From Longimicrobiales bacterium (GTDB lineage: Bacteria; Gemmatimonadota; Gemmatimonadetes; Longimicrobiales; Gaopeijiaceae), in the NCBI GenBank assembly GCA_963664435.2, contig CAXXKM010000002.1, positions 864,001 to 928,000 of the forward strand: DNA of 64,000 bases. Reading direction: 5' to 3'. Below, piece after piece: positions 1-10,298 of this stretch. A program made the position numbers and the translations under genes. The notes under the pieces were generated by a model that had not been told where the DNA came from, searched no databases, and saw only the letters and a program-made list of their open reading frames with translations. Numbering within the stretch: position 1 is the stretch's first letter; every line of letters begins with the position of its first letter.

Positions 1-2
1 GC

Positions 3-2867
3 TTGGAACTCGACCGTTTCCGGGCGCGCATCCGCGAAGCCTTCGGCGGCCGCGCGCCCCGCGTCCTCGATCCCTTCTCCGGTGGCGGTGCGATCCCGCT
101 GGAGGCGATGCGGCTCGGCTGTGAGACGTTTGCGGCGGACCTGAATCCCGTCGCGTGGTTTGTGCTGCGGTGTACGCTTCACTACCCGCATCTGGTCGGT
201 CCGGGCGATGGGACGCTCCCCGGCTTCGCCATAGCCGACCGGGATTTCGCCACCGCTCTGGTGAAGGCCCGACTCAAATCCCAAGGTGTGAATCACACAC
301 CGGCCCGAATCCGAAATGCCCTTGCTGAATTCGGCCATCGTGACGGGGGCGACGTGCAGCTCACCACTGCTCTGGCCGCCGCTGCGCCCACGGGCGCGAA
401 CTTTGCTTGGCACGTGAGGGCGTGGGGGTTCCGGGTCCGGGACCGCGTGCGCCGGAAGCTGGCCGCGCGGTATCCGGTGTATGCCTACTTCGAGCCACGG
501 CGGCGGAAAGGGCGCGGGAGGAAGGCGGTTGGACCGCTGATCCCGTTCAGAACTCGAGCTCCCCGCCTGCTAAGGCCTGATTCGCAGGGACAGGTGTCCG
601 TCGAAGCTCTGAACCGCGAGTACGACCGGAGGTACCTCGAAGACGACCGGAACCCGCGCTGGGTCGCCAAGCCGGTTGTCGCCTGCCTGTGGGCACGCAC
701 GGCCGAGTGTGGGGGGTGCCGCTCCGAGATACCCCTACTCAAGACACGGTGGCTGTGCAAGAAGAGCGACCCGGTCAAGCGCGTCCTGCTGTCGATGGAC
801 GCGGACGCCGATTCCCGCCGTGTCGACTTCGGAATCGAGTCGGACGTGCCCCTATCGACTGGCTCGGCGGCGCAGAAGCGCGCTCAAGACCAGAGGCTGG
901 GCAAGGGGGCCATGAGCCGCAGTGGCGCCACCTGCCCCTGCTGCGGGGCGGTAACCAAGATGAAGGAGTTGCGTGCGCAGGGGCGGTCGGGACGGTTGGG
1001 TGTCCGAATGACTGCCGTGGTGATCGACGGGCAGAAGGGAAAGGAGTACCGGCTGCCAACAGACGACGATCTGGCCGGGGCGCAGGTGGACGCGGATGAG
1101 ATCGCAGCGCTGTACGAAGCGATTCCGTTCGGGCTGCCAGGTGAACAGACGCCGAAGGCGGGCATGGGAGCTTCGCGGGCGTTTTCTGTTGACGGGTACG
1201 GCTTCGATACTTGGGGCACTCTGTTTACCGACCGGCAATTGCTCGCGCTCGGCACGATTCTACGCGAGATCCGCGACGTGCGCGAGGAGATCGCTGAGCA
1301 CGGCTACCCTGAAGAGTGGCAAGAAGCGCTGACGGCATATCTGGCATGCACCCTGAGCAAGCTCGCCGACTACAGCAGTTCCATCTGCTCTTGGAACAAC
1401 AGTGGGGAGAAGCTCCGCCAGACCTTTGCCCGGTTCGCCCTTCCGATGGTCTGGGACTATTGCGAGGTGAACCCGCTTTCGGCTACTACGGGCGGGTTCA
1501 TGGCGATGCTCGACTGGGTCGCCCGCTATCTGGACCACGGGCTGGCCGCCGTTGCGGATGGTCCGGCCCCGGACATCGCTGCGCGTAGCGCCCTCGCTTC
1601 CCAGCCCGGAACCCTCGATCTCGTCTGCACAGATCCGCCCTATTACGATGCGATCCCCTACTCCGACCTGATGGACTTTTTTCAGGTTTGGCTGCGGCGA
1701 GCGCTCCGTGGCGTCTCGCCCGAGATCGATGAAGTTTTCGCCGATCCGCTTGGCCCCAAGTGGCAGACGGCGGACGGGGACGGCGAACTCATCGACGACG
1801 CCAGCCGGTTCGGAGGCGACCCGGAGGCGTCCAAGAAGAACTATGAGGACGGGATGGCTCGGGCCTTCGCCCGGTGCCACGACGCGCTACGGGATGACGG
1901 ACGCCTCGTGGTGGTGTTTGCCAACAAGGACCCGGATGCTTGGGAGACCCTCGTAGCGGCGCTTGTTCGCTCTGGATTCATGGTGACCGGCTCCTGGCCC
2001 ATCCAGACCGAGATGCAGACCCGGCAACGGGCCATGGCGTCCGCTGCCCTCGCCTCATCCATCTGGCTCGTCTGCCGGAAGCGTACCGCCACCCGACCCG
2101 GGTGGGAATCCAACGTGCTCGGCGAGATGCATGAGAAGATCACCGGCAAGCTCCGCGACTTCTGGGATGCGGGCATTCGCGGACCTGACTTCGTGTGGTC
2201 GGCCACCGGCCCCGCGCTTGAGGCATTCAGCCGGTACCCGGTGGTCAAGCGCGGTGTCGGCGAAGGGGAAATGCAGGTCGGGGAGTTCCTTGCGAGCGTC
2301 CGGCGCATGGTGGTCGGCTTCGTCGTGGGGCGGCTTCTGTCGCAGAGCGATGGCACCGCTGGCGACCTCGACGAACTCACGACCTACTACCTTCTGCACC
2401 GGCACGACTTCGGGATGGACGGAGCGCCGGCGGGTGCCGTCATCCTCTACGCAATGTCGTGCAACTTCAAGGACGCCGACCTGCTCGGCCGTTACGACCT
2501 GCTGGTGCGCGGGAAGGCCAGTCAGGGCGATGAAGATGCGGCCGGAGGATCGGACAGCGAGTTCCGACTCAAGCGTTGGAGCCGGCGGAAGGCCGGGTCG
2601 GGCGGGACAGATGGAGAAGTAACCCCGCTGATCGACAGCCTCCACGGGACCATGCGCCTCTGGAGGAAGGGGGATCTGGCTCAGGTTAACGAGTTCTTGG
2701 ACGCGCGAGGGCTACGTAAGAGCGAAGTGTTCGCAAGCGTCGTGCAGGCCGTGCTGGAGATGGCCGCGCCGGGGTCCGAAGAACGGTCCACGCTGGAGAA
2801 GCTCCAGAATCATCTCGGCAGGGGAAGGCCCTCCGGTCGCGTCCGCGATGCCACGCTGTGGGATTAG
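3..2867 (+). CDS. DUF1156-type adenine-specific DNA methyltransferase with Zn ribbon (5'-partial); component of a DUF499/DUF1156 restriction-like system
   Basis: SAM-binding motif LDPFSGGGAIPLEA, catalytic DPPY motif, CGGC...CPCC Zn ligands; ORF is open at the window edge. Confidence 0.88.
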   Translation: MELDRFRARIREAFGGRAPRVLDPFSGGGAIPLEAMRLGCETFAADLNPVAWFVLRCTLHYPHLVGPGDGTLPGFAIADRDFATALVKARLKSQGVNHTPARIRNALAEFGHRDGGDVQLTTALAAAAPTGANFAWHVRAWGFRVRDRVRRKLAARYPVYAYFEPRRRKGRGRKAVGPLIPFRTRAPRLLRPDSQGQVSVEALNREYDRRYLEDDRNPRWVAKPVVACLWARTAECGGCRSEIPLLKTRWLCKKSDPVKRVLLSMDADADSRRVDFGIESDVPLSTGSAAQKRAQDQRLGKGAMSRSGATCPCCGAVTKMKELRAQGRSGRLGVRMTAVVIDGQKGKEYRLPTDDDLAGAQVDADEIAALYEAIPFGLPGEQTPKAGMGASRAFSVDGYGFDTWGTLFTDRQLLALGTILREIRDVREEIAEHGYPEEWQEALTAYLACTLSKLADYSSSICSWNNSGEKLRQTFARFALPMVWDYCEVNPLSATTGGFMAMLDWVARYLDHGLAAVADGPAPDIAARSALASQPGTLDLVCTDPPYYDAIPYSDLMDFFQVWLRRALRGVSPEIDEVFADPLGPKWQTADGDGELIDDASRFGGDPEASKKNYEDGMARAFARCHDALRDDGRLVVVFANKDPDAWETLVAALVRSGFMVTGSWPIQTEMQTRQRAMASAALASSIWLVCRKRTATRPGWESNVLGEMHEKITGKLRDFWDAGIRGPDFVWSATGPALEAFSRYPVVKRGVGEGEMQVGEFLASVRRMVVGFVVGRLLSQSDGTAGDLDELTTYYLLHRHDFGMDGAPAGAVILYAMSCNFKDADLLGRYDLLVRGKASQGDEDAAGGSDSEFRLKRWSRRKAGSGGTDGEVTPLIDSLHGTMRLWRKGDLAQVNEFLDARGLRKSEVFASVVQAVLEMAAPGSEERSTLEKLQNHLGRGRPSGRVRDATLWD

Positions 2868-2962
2868 CCGACTTGAGAGGGTTCGCGTGCATCCGGTAGA
2901 TTGCTTGCCACCGACAGAGATTGACCGTCCGCGGTGACGATGGCCGCCGCAAGGAGTTGCAA

Positions 2963-3253
2963 ATGTTAGCCAGTGAGGCCGTTCAAGCGGCAAAGGACTA
3001 CGTCCTGGACCTTTTTGAGGACGAGAAGATCGCCCGCGTTGGACTGGAGGAACTTGAGTTCAGGGCTGAGGATGGCATATGGGAAGTCACGATCGGCTTT
3101 CAGCGCCTGTGGCAAACCGACTCTCCCGACCGATTGGGCAATGTCCTTCTCCCGCCGCCCGCGAAGCCCGGCCGGACCTACAAGACCGTCTGCATACACG
3201 ACGACGGGACGGTCGTCTCCCTGAAGCACCGCGATGTCTCCGTCCCGGCCTGA
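2963..3253 (+). CDS. Small acidic protein, putative antitoxin partner of the downstream PIN protein
   Basis: RBS AAGGAG at 2951, ATG at 2963; overlaps the start of the PIN gene. Confidence 0.55.
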   Translation: MLASEAVQAAKDYVLDLFEDEKIARVGLEELEFRAEDGIWEVTIGFQRLWQTDSPDRLGNVLLPPPAKPGRTYKTVCIHDDGTVVSLKHRDVSVPA

Positions 3254-3734
3254 CGGAGTCCATCCAAGCGGGGTCTTCGTAGACGCCAACCTTCTGGTGC
3301 TGCTCGTCGCGGGGGCGCTGGATCCAGAAATCATAGCTCGGCACCGGCGGTTACGGACGTTCGCATCCGAAGACTTCGCGCGCGTGCGGGAGATGGTCGG
3401 TCGCTTCGAGCGTGTTCTGGTCACGCCCAACACGCTCACGGAGGCATCGAACTTGTTGGGGCAGCACCGCGAGCCGGAGAGGTCCCGCCTGTTGACGACT
3501 CTTCGCTTCCTGATCGGCGAGAGCCACGAGGTCGTCGTGGCGAGCGCCAAGGCGGCCGGGCACCCGTCCTTCCCCCGGCTCGGCCTGACCGATGCGGGGC
3601 TGCTGCGTCTCGTCTCGCGGGACACGCCCCTCGTCACCGTGGACCTCGACCTCTACCTTGCCGCATCGAAAGCGGATCCGTCATCGGCCGTCAACTACCG
3701 TCATCACCAAGAGCGATACGCTCGATCCAACTGA
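3234..3734 (+). CDS. PIN-domain protein (putative toxin/RNase)
   Basis: VFVDANLL, LTEASN, GLTDA and VTVDLDL give the PIN acidic pattern. Confidence 0.8.
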   Translation: MSPSRPDGVHPSGVFVDANLLVLLVAGALDPEIIARHRRLRTFASEDFARVREMVGRFERVLVTPNTLTEASNLLGQHREPERSRLLTTLRFLIGESHEVVVASAKAAGHPSFPRLGLTDAGLLRLVSRDTPLVTVDLDLYLAASKADPSSAVNYRHHQERYARSN

Positions 3735-3760
3735 TTCCAGCCACGCCCCGCTAGGACGCC

Positions 3761-6700
3761 ATGCCACCCGCTCTCACCCCTTGGCACCATGCCGTAACGC
3801 TCAAGTCCGAGTTGCGGACCGGGGAGTTATCGCTGTCACAGTTCGCCGCCGACCTCCACGAAGTGGCGAGCCGGGCCGGTCGGCGTCCCCTGTACGAGGA
3901 TCCCGAGAAGTTCTTTGCCCTGACCTATCCCACCTTCGCGCTGCGCGACTTGGCCCGTGACGTGGCCGCGCGGCTGGCGGGACGGAGCGACAAGGCGGTC
4001 CGCCAGCTGGAGATGACCTACGGCGGGGGCAAGACCCACACGCTCATCACCCTGCATCACCTCTTTCGCGATCCAGACCACCTTCCCGATCTCAAGACTG
4101 TCCGTGAATTCCGAAAGCACTCTGACGTTGAACTCCCCAAGGCCGCGACCGCAGCGCTCTGCTTCGACAAGATCGACGTGGAACAAGGGATCACGGATGT
4201 GCGCGGACCCGGCGGCGAGACCCGTGCGCTGCGGCACCCATGGAACATCCTCGCTTTCCAGCTCGCGGGCACCGACGGACTCCGGATCCTGCACGGCGAC
4301 GACTCCGCCGAGGAACGCGACACGGCTCCAGCGGAACCGTTGCTGGTCGAGGTGATCGAACGGCAACAGAAGGCCGATGGACGGGCGACGCTGATCCTTC
4401 TCGACGAGGTGATGATGTACGCCCGCGCACAGGCCGCACGGGACCGGACGTGGGTGGACAGGCTTCAGAATTTCTTTCAGGCCCTCACGCAGGCGGTCGC
4501 CAAGGTGGACCGGGCCGCCATGGTGGCCTCGCTGCTCGCGACCGACCCGGCGAAGACGGGCGACGAGCTTGGCAAGGGCGTGCTGCGGGATCTTGCCAAC
4601 ATCTTTCAGCGCCAGCGCGAAGAGGGAATTCAGCCGGTCCAGAAGGAAGACGTGGCTGAGGTGCTCCGGCGTCGGTTCTTCGAACCCGGAAGCATCGAGG
4701 ATCCGGCTTCGTTCCGACCGCATGTCATCGGGGTGGTGAAGGGCATCGCCAAGATCGACGAGACCACGAAGGGCGAGCAGAAACGGGCGGAGAAGCGATT
4801 TCTGGCGAGCTTCCCCTTCCACCCCGATCTGACGGATGTGTTCTACACCCGTTGGACGGAGATCGAGGGATTCCAGCGGACGCGCGGCATCCTGCGGACG
4901 CTGGCCATCGCACTGCGGGACGCGGAAGAGCGGGGCGACCCGAGCCCGCTGATCGGGCCGTCCGTCCTGTTGAACCGATTGGGGGCGGGCACCGTTTCCG
5001 AGGCGGTCAGAGAACTGGCCGGAATCGCGACCAAGGACACGGTGAAGGGGAGAAGGACGGAATGGATTCCGCTTCTTGAGAAGGAGATGGAGATCGCCCG
5101 CGAGGCTCAGGACGAAGTTCCTTCCCTCAGCGCTTCTCGGGAGTTGGAACAGGCGGTCGCGACCGTCTTCCTCCATTCACAGCCGGTCGGACGGAAGGCG
5201 AGGACCAGCGAGTTGCTCCGACTCGTGGGAGGGGCCGGACCCGACTCAATCGAGTTGCGGAAGGGCCTTCGGCGGTGGCGCGATACCTCCTGGTTCCTGG
5301 ACGACGAGGACGAAGACGCTCAAGTCGAGGACACCGACAGCCTGCCCGGGACATGGCGACTCGGCAACGCGCCCAATCTGCGCCAGATGCACGATCAAGC
5401 GTGCCACGACCGGGTGACCGCCGACGCGGTCGATGAACGTCTCAGAACGGCAATCGGCAAGACCGCAAGTCTCTGGAACGGTGCACAGGCCGCCGGTGCC
5501 ACCGTCCACAAGCTGCCCCGTTCTCCCCGCGACGTGGGCGACACGGTTCAGTTCCGATTCGCGATCCTTGGCCCGGAGGCCGCTTCGTCGTCCGGCAAGC
5601 CCAGCAAGGTGGCCCGGAGTTTCCTCGACCACGCCGCCGGCTCCGACAGTCCGCGGGTGTACCGCAACGCCTTGGTGTTGGTGGTGCCGTCCCCGGAAGG
5701 GGTGGACGCCGCGCGCAGCAAGACTCGAAGCCTCTTGGGATGGGAAGACGTTGAGACGCAGCTCACCGCGCGTTCCATCGACCCCGTCCGCCGCGAGCGC
5801 CTGCGCCGCAACATCAGGCAGGCGGCGGCCGAACTTCCGGGCGTGATCCGGCAGGCCTACGGAATCGTCGTGACCGTCAACGAACGAAATGGAGTCCATG
5901 CCTTCAAGCTACCGGGAAGCAGCCAACTCCTGTTCGAGGAGGTCAAGAACCACGAAAAGGCCCGGATCGTGGACACGCCCGTCAACCCCGAGGCGCTCCT
6001 TCCCGACGGGCCGTACGGCCTCTGGGAGGAAGGAGACGACGCTCGTCTCGCCAGCCAGTTGAGCGAAGCGTTCGCCCGCTTTCCCCGACTCCCGAAGGTG
6101 CTCAAGCCGGAGTTGGTCACCCGCACCGTCCTCGGGGGTGTGCGCGAGGGGCTGCTCGCAGCCCGGCTGAGACGTCCCGACGGCAGCGTCCGGACTTGGT
6201 GGTGGGAAGATGTCGAGGCCGTGGCGGCGGCCGACGCCCAGCTTGAAATCGTCCTTCCCGACAAGGCGCAGCTTGCCCGGCTGGACCATCGACTGCTCAG
6301 GCCCGGCGTGTTGCCGGACCTGTGGACCAGCGGCGACGACGAGCCCTTCGAGCCCTTGTCCGCCAATGTGCTGCTGAAGTACTTCGCTGGTGGACATGTG
6401 GCGACCATCGCGAAAGAGAGCTACGAGGACCACCTGCCGATCCCAGCCTGCCGCGACGACATCTTGTTGGAAGCGGTGAACGAAGCGGTGGCGGACGGGA
6501 CGTTGTGGGTCACGAACCCGCCCGCGACGGTCTGGAAGGAGCCGGTCCCCGCCGGGACTCTCAGCCCGAACGCCGAGTTGCGCCCCCCTCCGGAGCCGGT
6601 GGCAGCCCAGGACCTTACCGAAGGCGCCCTGCCAGAGGCTTGGTCGGAGAACCGGACCAGCGGTCTCTCGTTGACCCAAGCCCTCGGCCAGAAACGATCC

Positions 6701-7072
6701 GAAGCGGTCCCGTGGGGAGTCGTGCGCGAAGGAATCGCCGCCGCAGTCAATACCCGCTGGCTTCTCCGAACGGCGGACAGCGGACCCATCGAGTGTACCT
6801 ACGACCAAGCCCACAAGGTGATCCTTGAGAAGCCGAAGCTCGGCAAGAGGCCCAAACCTCCGCAAAAGGCCACTCCGGTCGCGGCAGAACTGGATGCGGC
6901 GCAAATGCAGGACTTGGCTGACCGGGCACCCAACCTGCTGGCCGCAATCGGCGCGGCCGAGTTGCGGTTTGGCGTACATGTGAGAGCGAGCGACGAAGTT
7001 GCGGACGAAGACCGCGAGCGGGTCAACGAGATCCTTGGCGAAGTATCACCAGGACTCAAGCTCGCGAAGTGA
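3761..7072 (+). CDS. DUF499 AAA+ ATPase of the restriction-like defence system
   Basis: N-terminal FAADL...YEDPEKFFALTYPT, Walker A YGGGKTH, Walker B LILLDE, FPFHP and FQRTRGILR motifs; adjacent to the DUF1156 MTase. Confidence 0.88.
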   Translation: MPPALTPWHHAVTLKSELRTGELSLSQFAADLHEVASRAGRRPLYEDPEKFFALTYPTFALRDLARDVAARLAGRSDKAVRQLEMTYGGGKTHTLITLHHLFRDPDHLPDLKTVREFRKHSDVELPKAATAALCFDKIDVEQGITDVRGPGGETRALRHPWNILAFQLAGTDGLRILHGDDSAEERDTAPAEPLLVEVIERQQKADGRATLILLDEVMMYARAQAARDRTWVDRLQNFFQALTQAVAKVDRAAMVASLLATDPAKTGDELGKGVLRDLANIFQRQREEGIQPVQKEDVAEVLRRRFFEPGSIEDPASFRPHVIGVVKGIAKIDETTKGEQKRAEKRFLASFPFHPDLTDVFYTRWTEIEGFQRTRGILRTLAIALRDAEERGDPSPLIGPSVLLNRLGAGTVSEAVRELAGIATKDTVKGRRTEWIPLLEKEMEIAREAQDEVPSLSASRELEQAVATVFLHSQPVGRKARTSELLRLVGGAGPDSIELRKGLRRWRDTSWFLDDEDEDAQVEDTDSLPGTWRLGNAPNLRQMHDQACHDRVTADAVDERLRTAIGKTASLWNGAQAAGATVHKLPRSPRDVGDTVQFRFAILGPEAASSSGKPSKVARSFLDHAAGSDSPRVYRNALVLVVPSPEGVDAARSKTRSLLGWEDVETQLTARSIDPVRRERLRRNIRQAAAELPGVIRQAYGIVVTVNERNGVHAFKLPGSSQLLFEEVKNHEKARIVDTPVNPEALLPDGPYGLWEEGDDARLASQLSEAFARFPRLPKVLKPELVTRTVLGGVREGLLAARLRRPDGSVRTWWWEDVEAVAAADAQLEIVLPDKAQLARLDHRLLRPGVLPDLWTSGDDEPFEPLSANVLLKYFAGGHVATIAKESYEDHLPIPACRDDILLEAVNEAVADGTLWVTNPPATVWKEPVPAGTLSPNAELRPPPEPVAAQDLTEGALPEAWSENRTSGLSLTQALGQKRSEAVPWGVVREGIAAAVNTRWLLRTADSGPIECTYDQAHKVILEKPKLGKRPKPPQKATPVAAELDAAQMQDLADRAPNLLAAIGAAELRFGVHVRASDEVADEDRERVNEILGEVSPGLKLAK

Positions 7073-7094
7073 TTCGCGCCACCTACCGGCGGCG

Positions 7095-7238
7095 GGGATT
7101 CCCGCCAACCGACCCCGATTTTCCCGCTTTCGTGACCTGATCGGATCGGATGCGGTCCAATGGCAGGAGTGGCAGATCGTGCAGTCCTGGTTAGACTTAC
7201 GTGATCTCCTGCCGTGATGTTGGCCGTTAGAAATCCGC
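7095..7238 (+). repeat. Element-end repeat, copy 1 (right end of an integrative element lying to the left)
   Basis: GGATTCCCGCCAA ... GCAGATCGTGCAGTCC ... GATCTCCTGCCGTGAT-N13-AATCCGC; aligns with copies at 13159, 30081(-) and 49614. Confidence 0.85.
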
Positions 7239-8826
7239 CTACGCGGCCGAACTGGCGCGTGTGTCGGTGTGGATCGGTGAAATCCAGTGGATGCGCCGCA
7301 ACGGGTTTCCAGGTGCGCGGCAGCCCGTGCTCGACCCGCTGGAGACGATCGAGTGTAGTGACGCAATCGTGACGCCGGAGGGTGGAGAGCCGGAGTGGCC
7401 CGACGCGGATGTCATCATCGGCAACCCTCCGTTCCTGGGCGGCAAGCTGCTCATCACGAACCTCGGCGAGGAATATGTCTCGACCATGTTCGACGTGTAC
7501 AATGGCCGGGTGCCGCGCGAGGCCGATCTGGTCTGCTACTGGTTCGTGAAGGCTGGCGACCATCTGGAGGGAAGGAGCTCGACAAGGGTTGGCATGGTGG
7601 CGACCAACTCCATTCGGGGTGGTGCCAACCGGCGGGCGCTGGAGAAGGCGACGGACGGCAGGCCGATTTTCGACGCTTGGAGCGACGAGCCGTGGGTGAT
7701 CGATGGAGCGGCCGTGCGGGTCTCGCTGATTTGTTTCTCGCAAGCGGACGACGAGCTCATCGCGGCGGTTCGGTTCGACGGCGCGCCGGTGGACGAAATC
7801 TACACGGATCTGACGGCGCGCCGGGACGGGGCTGGGGTCGACCTGACAAAGGCGCAGCGCCTCTCCCGGAACGCGGGCGTTGCCTTCATGGGCGACACCA
7901 AGGGCGGGCCGTTCGACGTTCCAGGTGACCTCGCCAGGGAGTGGCTGCGGGAGCCAGCCAATCCCAATGGCCGCCCCAACTCGGACGTACTCAGGCCTTG
8001 GATGAACGGTATGTCCATCACCCGACGGCCTGCCGACAAGTGGATCGTTGACTTCGGCTTGACCATGGTGAGGGAGGAAGCCGCCCTGTACCAAACTCCC
8101 TTCCAGCACGCCCAGGAACACGTCCGGCCCACATGGAAGGGACAACGGGCAGCCGGGAGACGAAATCAGTGGTGGTTGCACCACCGGCCACGACCGAAGA
8201 TGTGGGGGGCTCTCGATGGGCTGGAGCGGTACATCGTCACGCCCACCGTCGCCAAGTATCGCCTTTTCGCCTGGCTCGATATCCGGATCTGCCCTGACCA
8301 CCAACTGATCGTCATCGCCCGCGACGACGACACCACTTTCGGGATCCTGCACAGCCGATTCCACGAAGTTTGGTCGCTCCGCAAAGGCACTTGGCAGGGC
8401 AAGGGCAACGATCCCCGCTACACTCTCACGACGACATTCGAGACCTTCCCCTTTCCAGAAGGACTCTCACCTGACGTGCCTGGCAGCGACTACCTCACGG
8501 ATCCACGCGCGCAGGCCATCGCTTCTGCAGCGCGGCGACTCGTCGAACTCCGGGAACGCTGGCTCCACCCTCCGGAGTGGGTGGAGTGGGTCGAGGAACC
8601 TGTTTCCGGCTATCCCCGGCACCCGGTGCCGCGTGACGAGAAAGCCGCAATCGCGCTCAAGAAGCGGACCCTGACCAACCTCTACAACGCCCGGCCCCAG
8701 TGGCTCGTCGACGCTCATGCTCAGCTCGATGCGGCCGTGGCGGCCGCCTACGGGTGGCCCACCGACATCACGGACGACGCGGTGTTACGCGAACTGCTTA
8801 TCCGAAACGGCGCGGAAGGGCACTGA
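7237..8826 (+). pseudogene. C-terminal half of an MmeI-like type IIL/IIG restriction-modification enzyme, 5'-truncated at the element end
   Basis: Homology starts mid-domain (YAAELARVSVWIG) just after an in-frame stop at 7228; contains GNPPFLG, ADLVCYWF, TNSIRGG and the C-terminal LTNLYN...LDAAVAAAYGW; SAM motif I and the nuclease domain are missing. Confidence 0.82.
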
Positions 8827-8952
8827 CGCAATCTGTCGGGGGGTAGCGAGTGTCAGCCCACAAGATGTTGTGGCGGGGCTTGAACAGCCCTCCGGAATCC
8901 GGTAGAATACCGATCCTTTTCCTGAACCTCGTAGCGAAGGAGTAATTTCGTA

Positions 8953-9177
8953 ATGGGTAACAGTCACCACGTAGTGCCGAATCCGGATGGCGGGTGGGAC
9001 GTGAAGCGCTCGGGGGCGTCGCGAGCCAGCCGTCACTGCGACACGAAGGCGGAAGCTGTTGACGTTGGCCGGGAGATCAGCCGCAACCAGCGCACCGAGT
9101 TCGTCGTTCACCGGCAGAATGGAACCATCCAGCGGAAGGACAGCCACGGCAATGATCCGAGGCATATCCCCGGCTGA
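8953..9177 (+). CDS. DUF2188 domain protein
   Basis: HHVVPNPDGGWDVK...TKAEAV...HRQNGTIQRKDSHGNDP; RBS AAGGAG upstream. Confidence 0.85.
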   Translation: MGNSHHVVPNPDGGWDVKRSGASRASRHCDTKAEAVDVGREISRNQRTEFVVHRQNGTIQRKDSHGNDPRHIPG

Positions 9178-9217
9178 AGCCCGCAAGGGCCTTCATCTGC
9201 GCTACGCCAGATAACTC

Positions 9218-10168
9218 ATGTCTCGACTGGGCCAGGGCGACCTGCGTTTCCGCAACTACCAGCTGGGGACCGTCTGGGTAAGCCGTGTGGCAGCTGATGT
9301 CGCGCTTCAGCCGCGCATCGGGCTGTCGGCAGGGTGTCAGGTGCAGGACTTATCCGCGACGGAGGAGTTCCCCGAGGGTGTGGCCGGGTTTACCATCGCC
9401 ACGCTCGGCGGGCAGCTGCGCTGGCGGTCACAAACCGGCCCCGTGGTCGGCGACCTGTCCATCCCGAAGGGCCTCCAGTACCTCCGTTCGACAAACCACC
9501 CGCACGAACACACGTTCACGATCTGCTGTGATGTTCCTCACCATGTCCTGAGTAGTCTGGAGGCCGAACGGGGCGGGGCACCCCCGGTCTTCTGGATGGA
9601 CTTGGCAGGCTCGTGGGCATTGGATGGAAGCATCCAGCCCATCTACCAAGACCCCTGGCGGTTCGAAGTACCTACGGACATGTGGCTCACGTTCCTGGCG
9701 GCATCTGGCTACGAGGACATCGACGTGGTCGAGATACGCCGTATCCTGCAGGGGGGCGGAGACTTGCAACGGGCGGTCGACTACCTCAACGCCGCCCGCA
9801 ATCTCGTGTCGAGCGACCCATCCAACGCCGTCGGGATCTGCCGCCTGCTGGTCGAGGCTGTAGAAAGGACACTTGAGGATCAGGGATACGGAAAGATCGC
9901 TGACTACCTGATATCCTGTACCGACGAGCGACGCGGCAAGCAGTACGGGCGTATCCTCTCGTGCGTCAAGCAAATCGCCAGCCTGAACCACCACGATTTT
10001 GGCCGGAGTAGCGTCTTCAGTCGTCCCGAGGCGCTTGCTCTTGTCCGAGTGTGCGAAGCGTTGCTCCTGATGGTGGGCGACTTAAGGCCAGCACCTCGAG
10101 GAGGGTCAGACGAGGGTGATCGGGCTGATGCATCCAGTCCGCTGGCCGCTGGCGGGGTAGGCCGATGA
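9218..10168 (+). CDS. Hypothetical protein; helical C-terminal domain resembles HEPN/Abi-C-like folds
   Basis: 316-aa ORF with ATG; AVGICRLLVE and SLNHH...EA motifs. Confidence 0.55.
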   Translation: MSRLGQGDLRFRNYQLGTVWVSRVAADVALQPRIGLSAGCQVQDLSATEEFPEGVAGFTIATLGGQLRWRSQTGPVVGDLSIPKGLQYLRSTNHPHEHTFTICCDVPHHVLSSLEAERGGAPPVFWMDLAGSWALDGSIQPIYQDPWRFEVPTDMWLTFLAASGYEDIDVVEIRRILQGGGDLQRAVDYLNAARNLVSSDPSNAVGICRLLVEAVERTLEDQGYGKIADYLISCTDERRGKQYGRILSCVKQIASLNHHDFGRSSVFSRPEALALVRVCEALLLMVGDLRPAPRGGSDEGDRADASSPLAAGGVGR

Positions 10169-10298
10169 CGCGATACTGGACAGATCAAGAGTATGGGGCT
10201 CGACCCCGGACAATTGATGTAAACGGCGAGCGCGTGTGGAACGGCCTCCGGAGTCACATTTGCACGGGCCTCGACGACGGGCCTTTCGGTTAGGCTAC

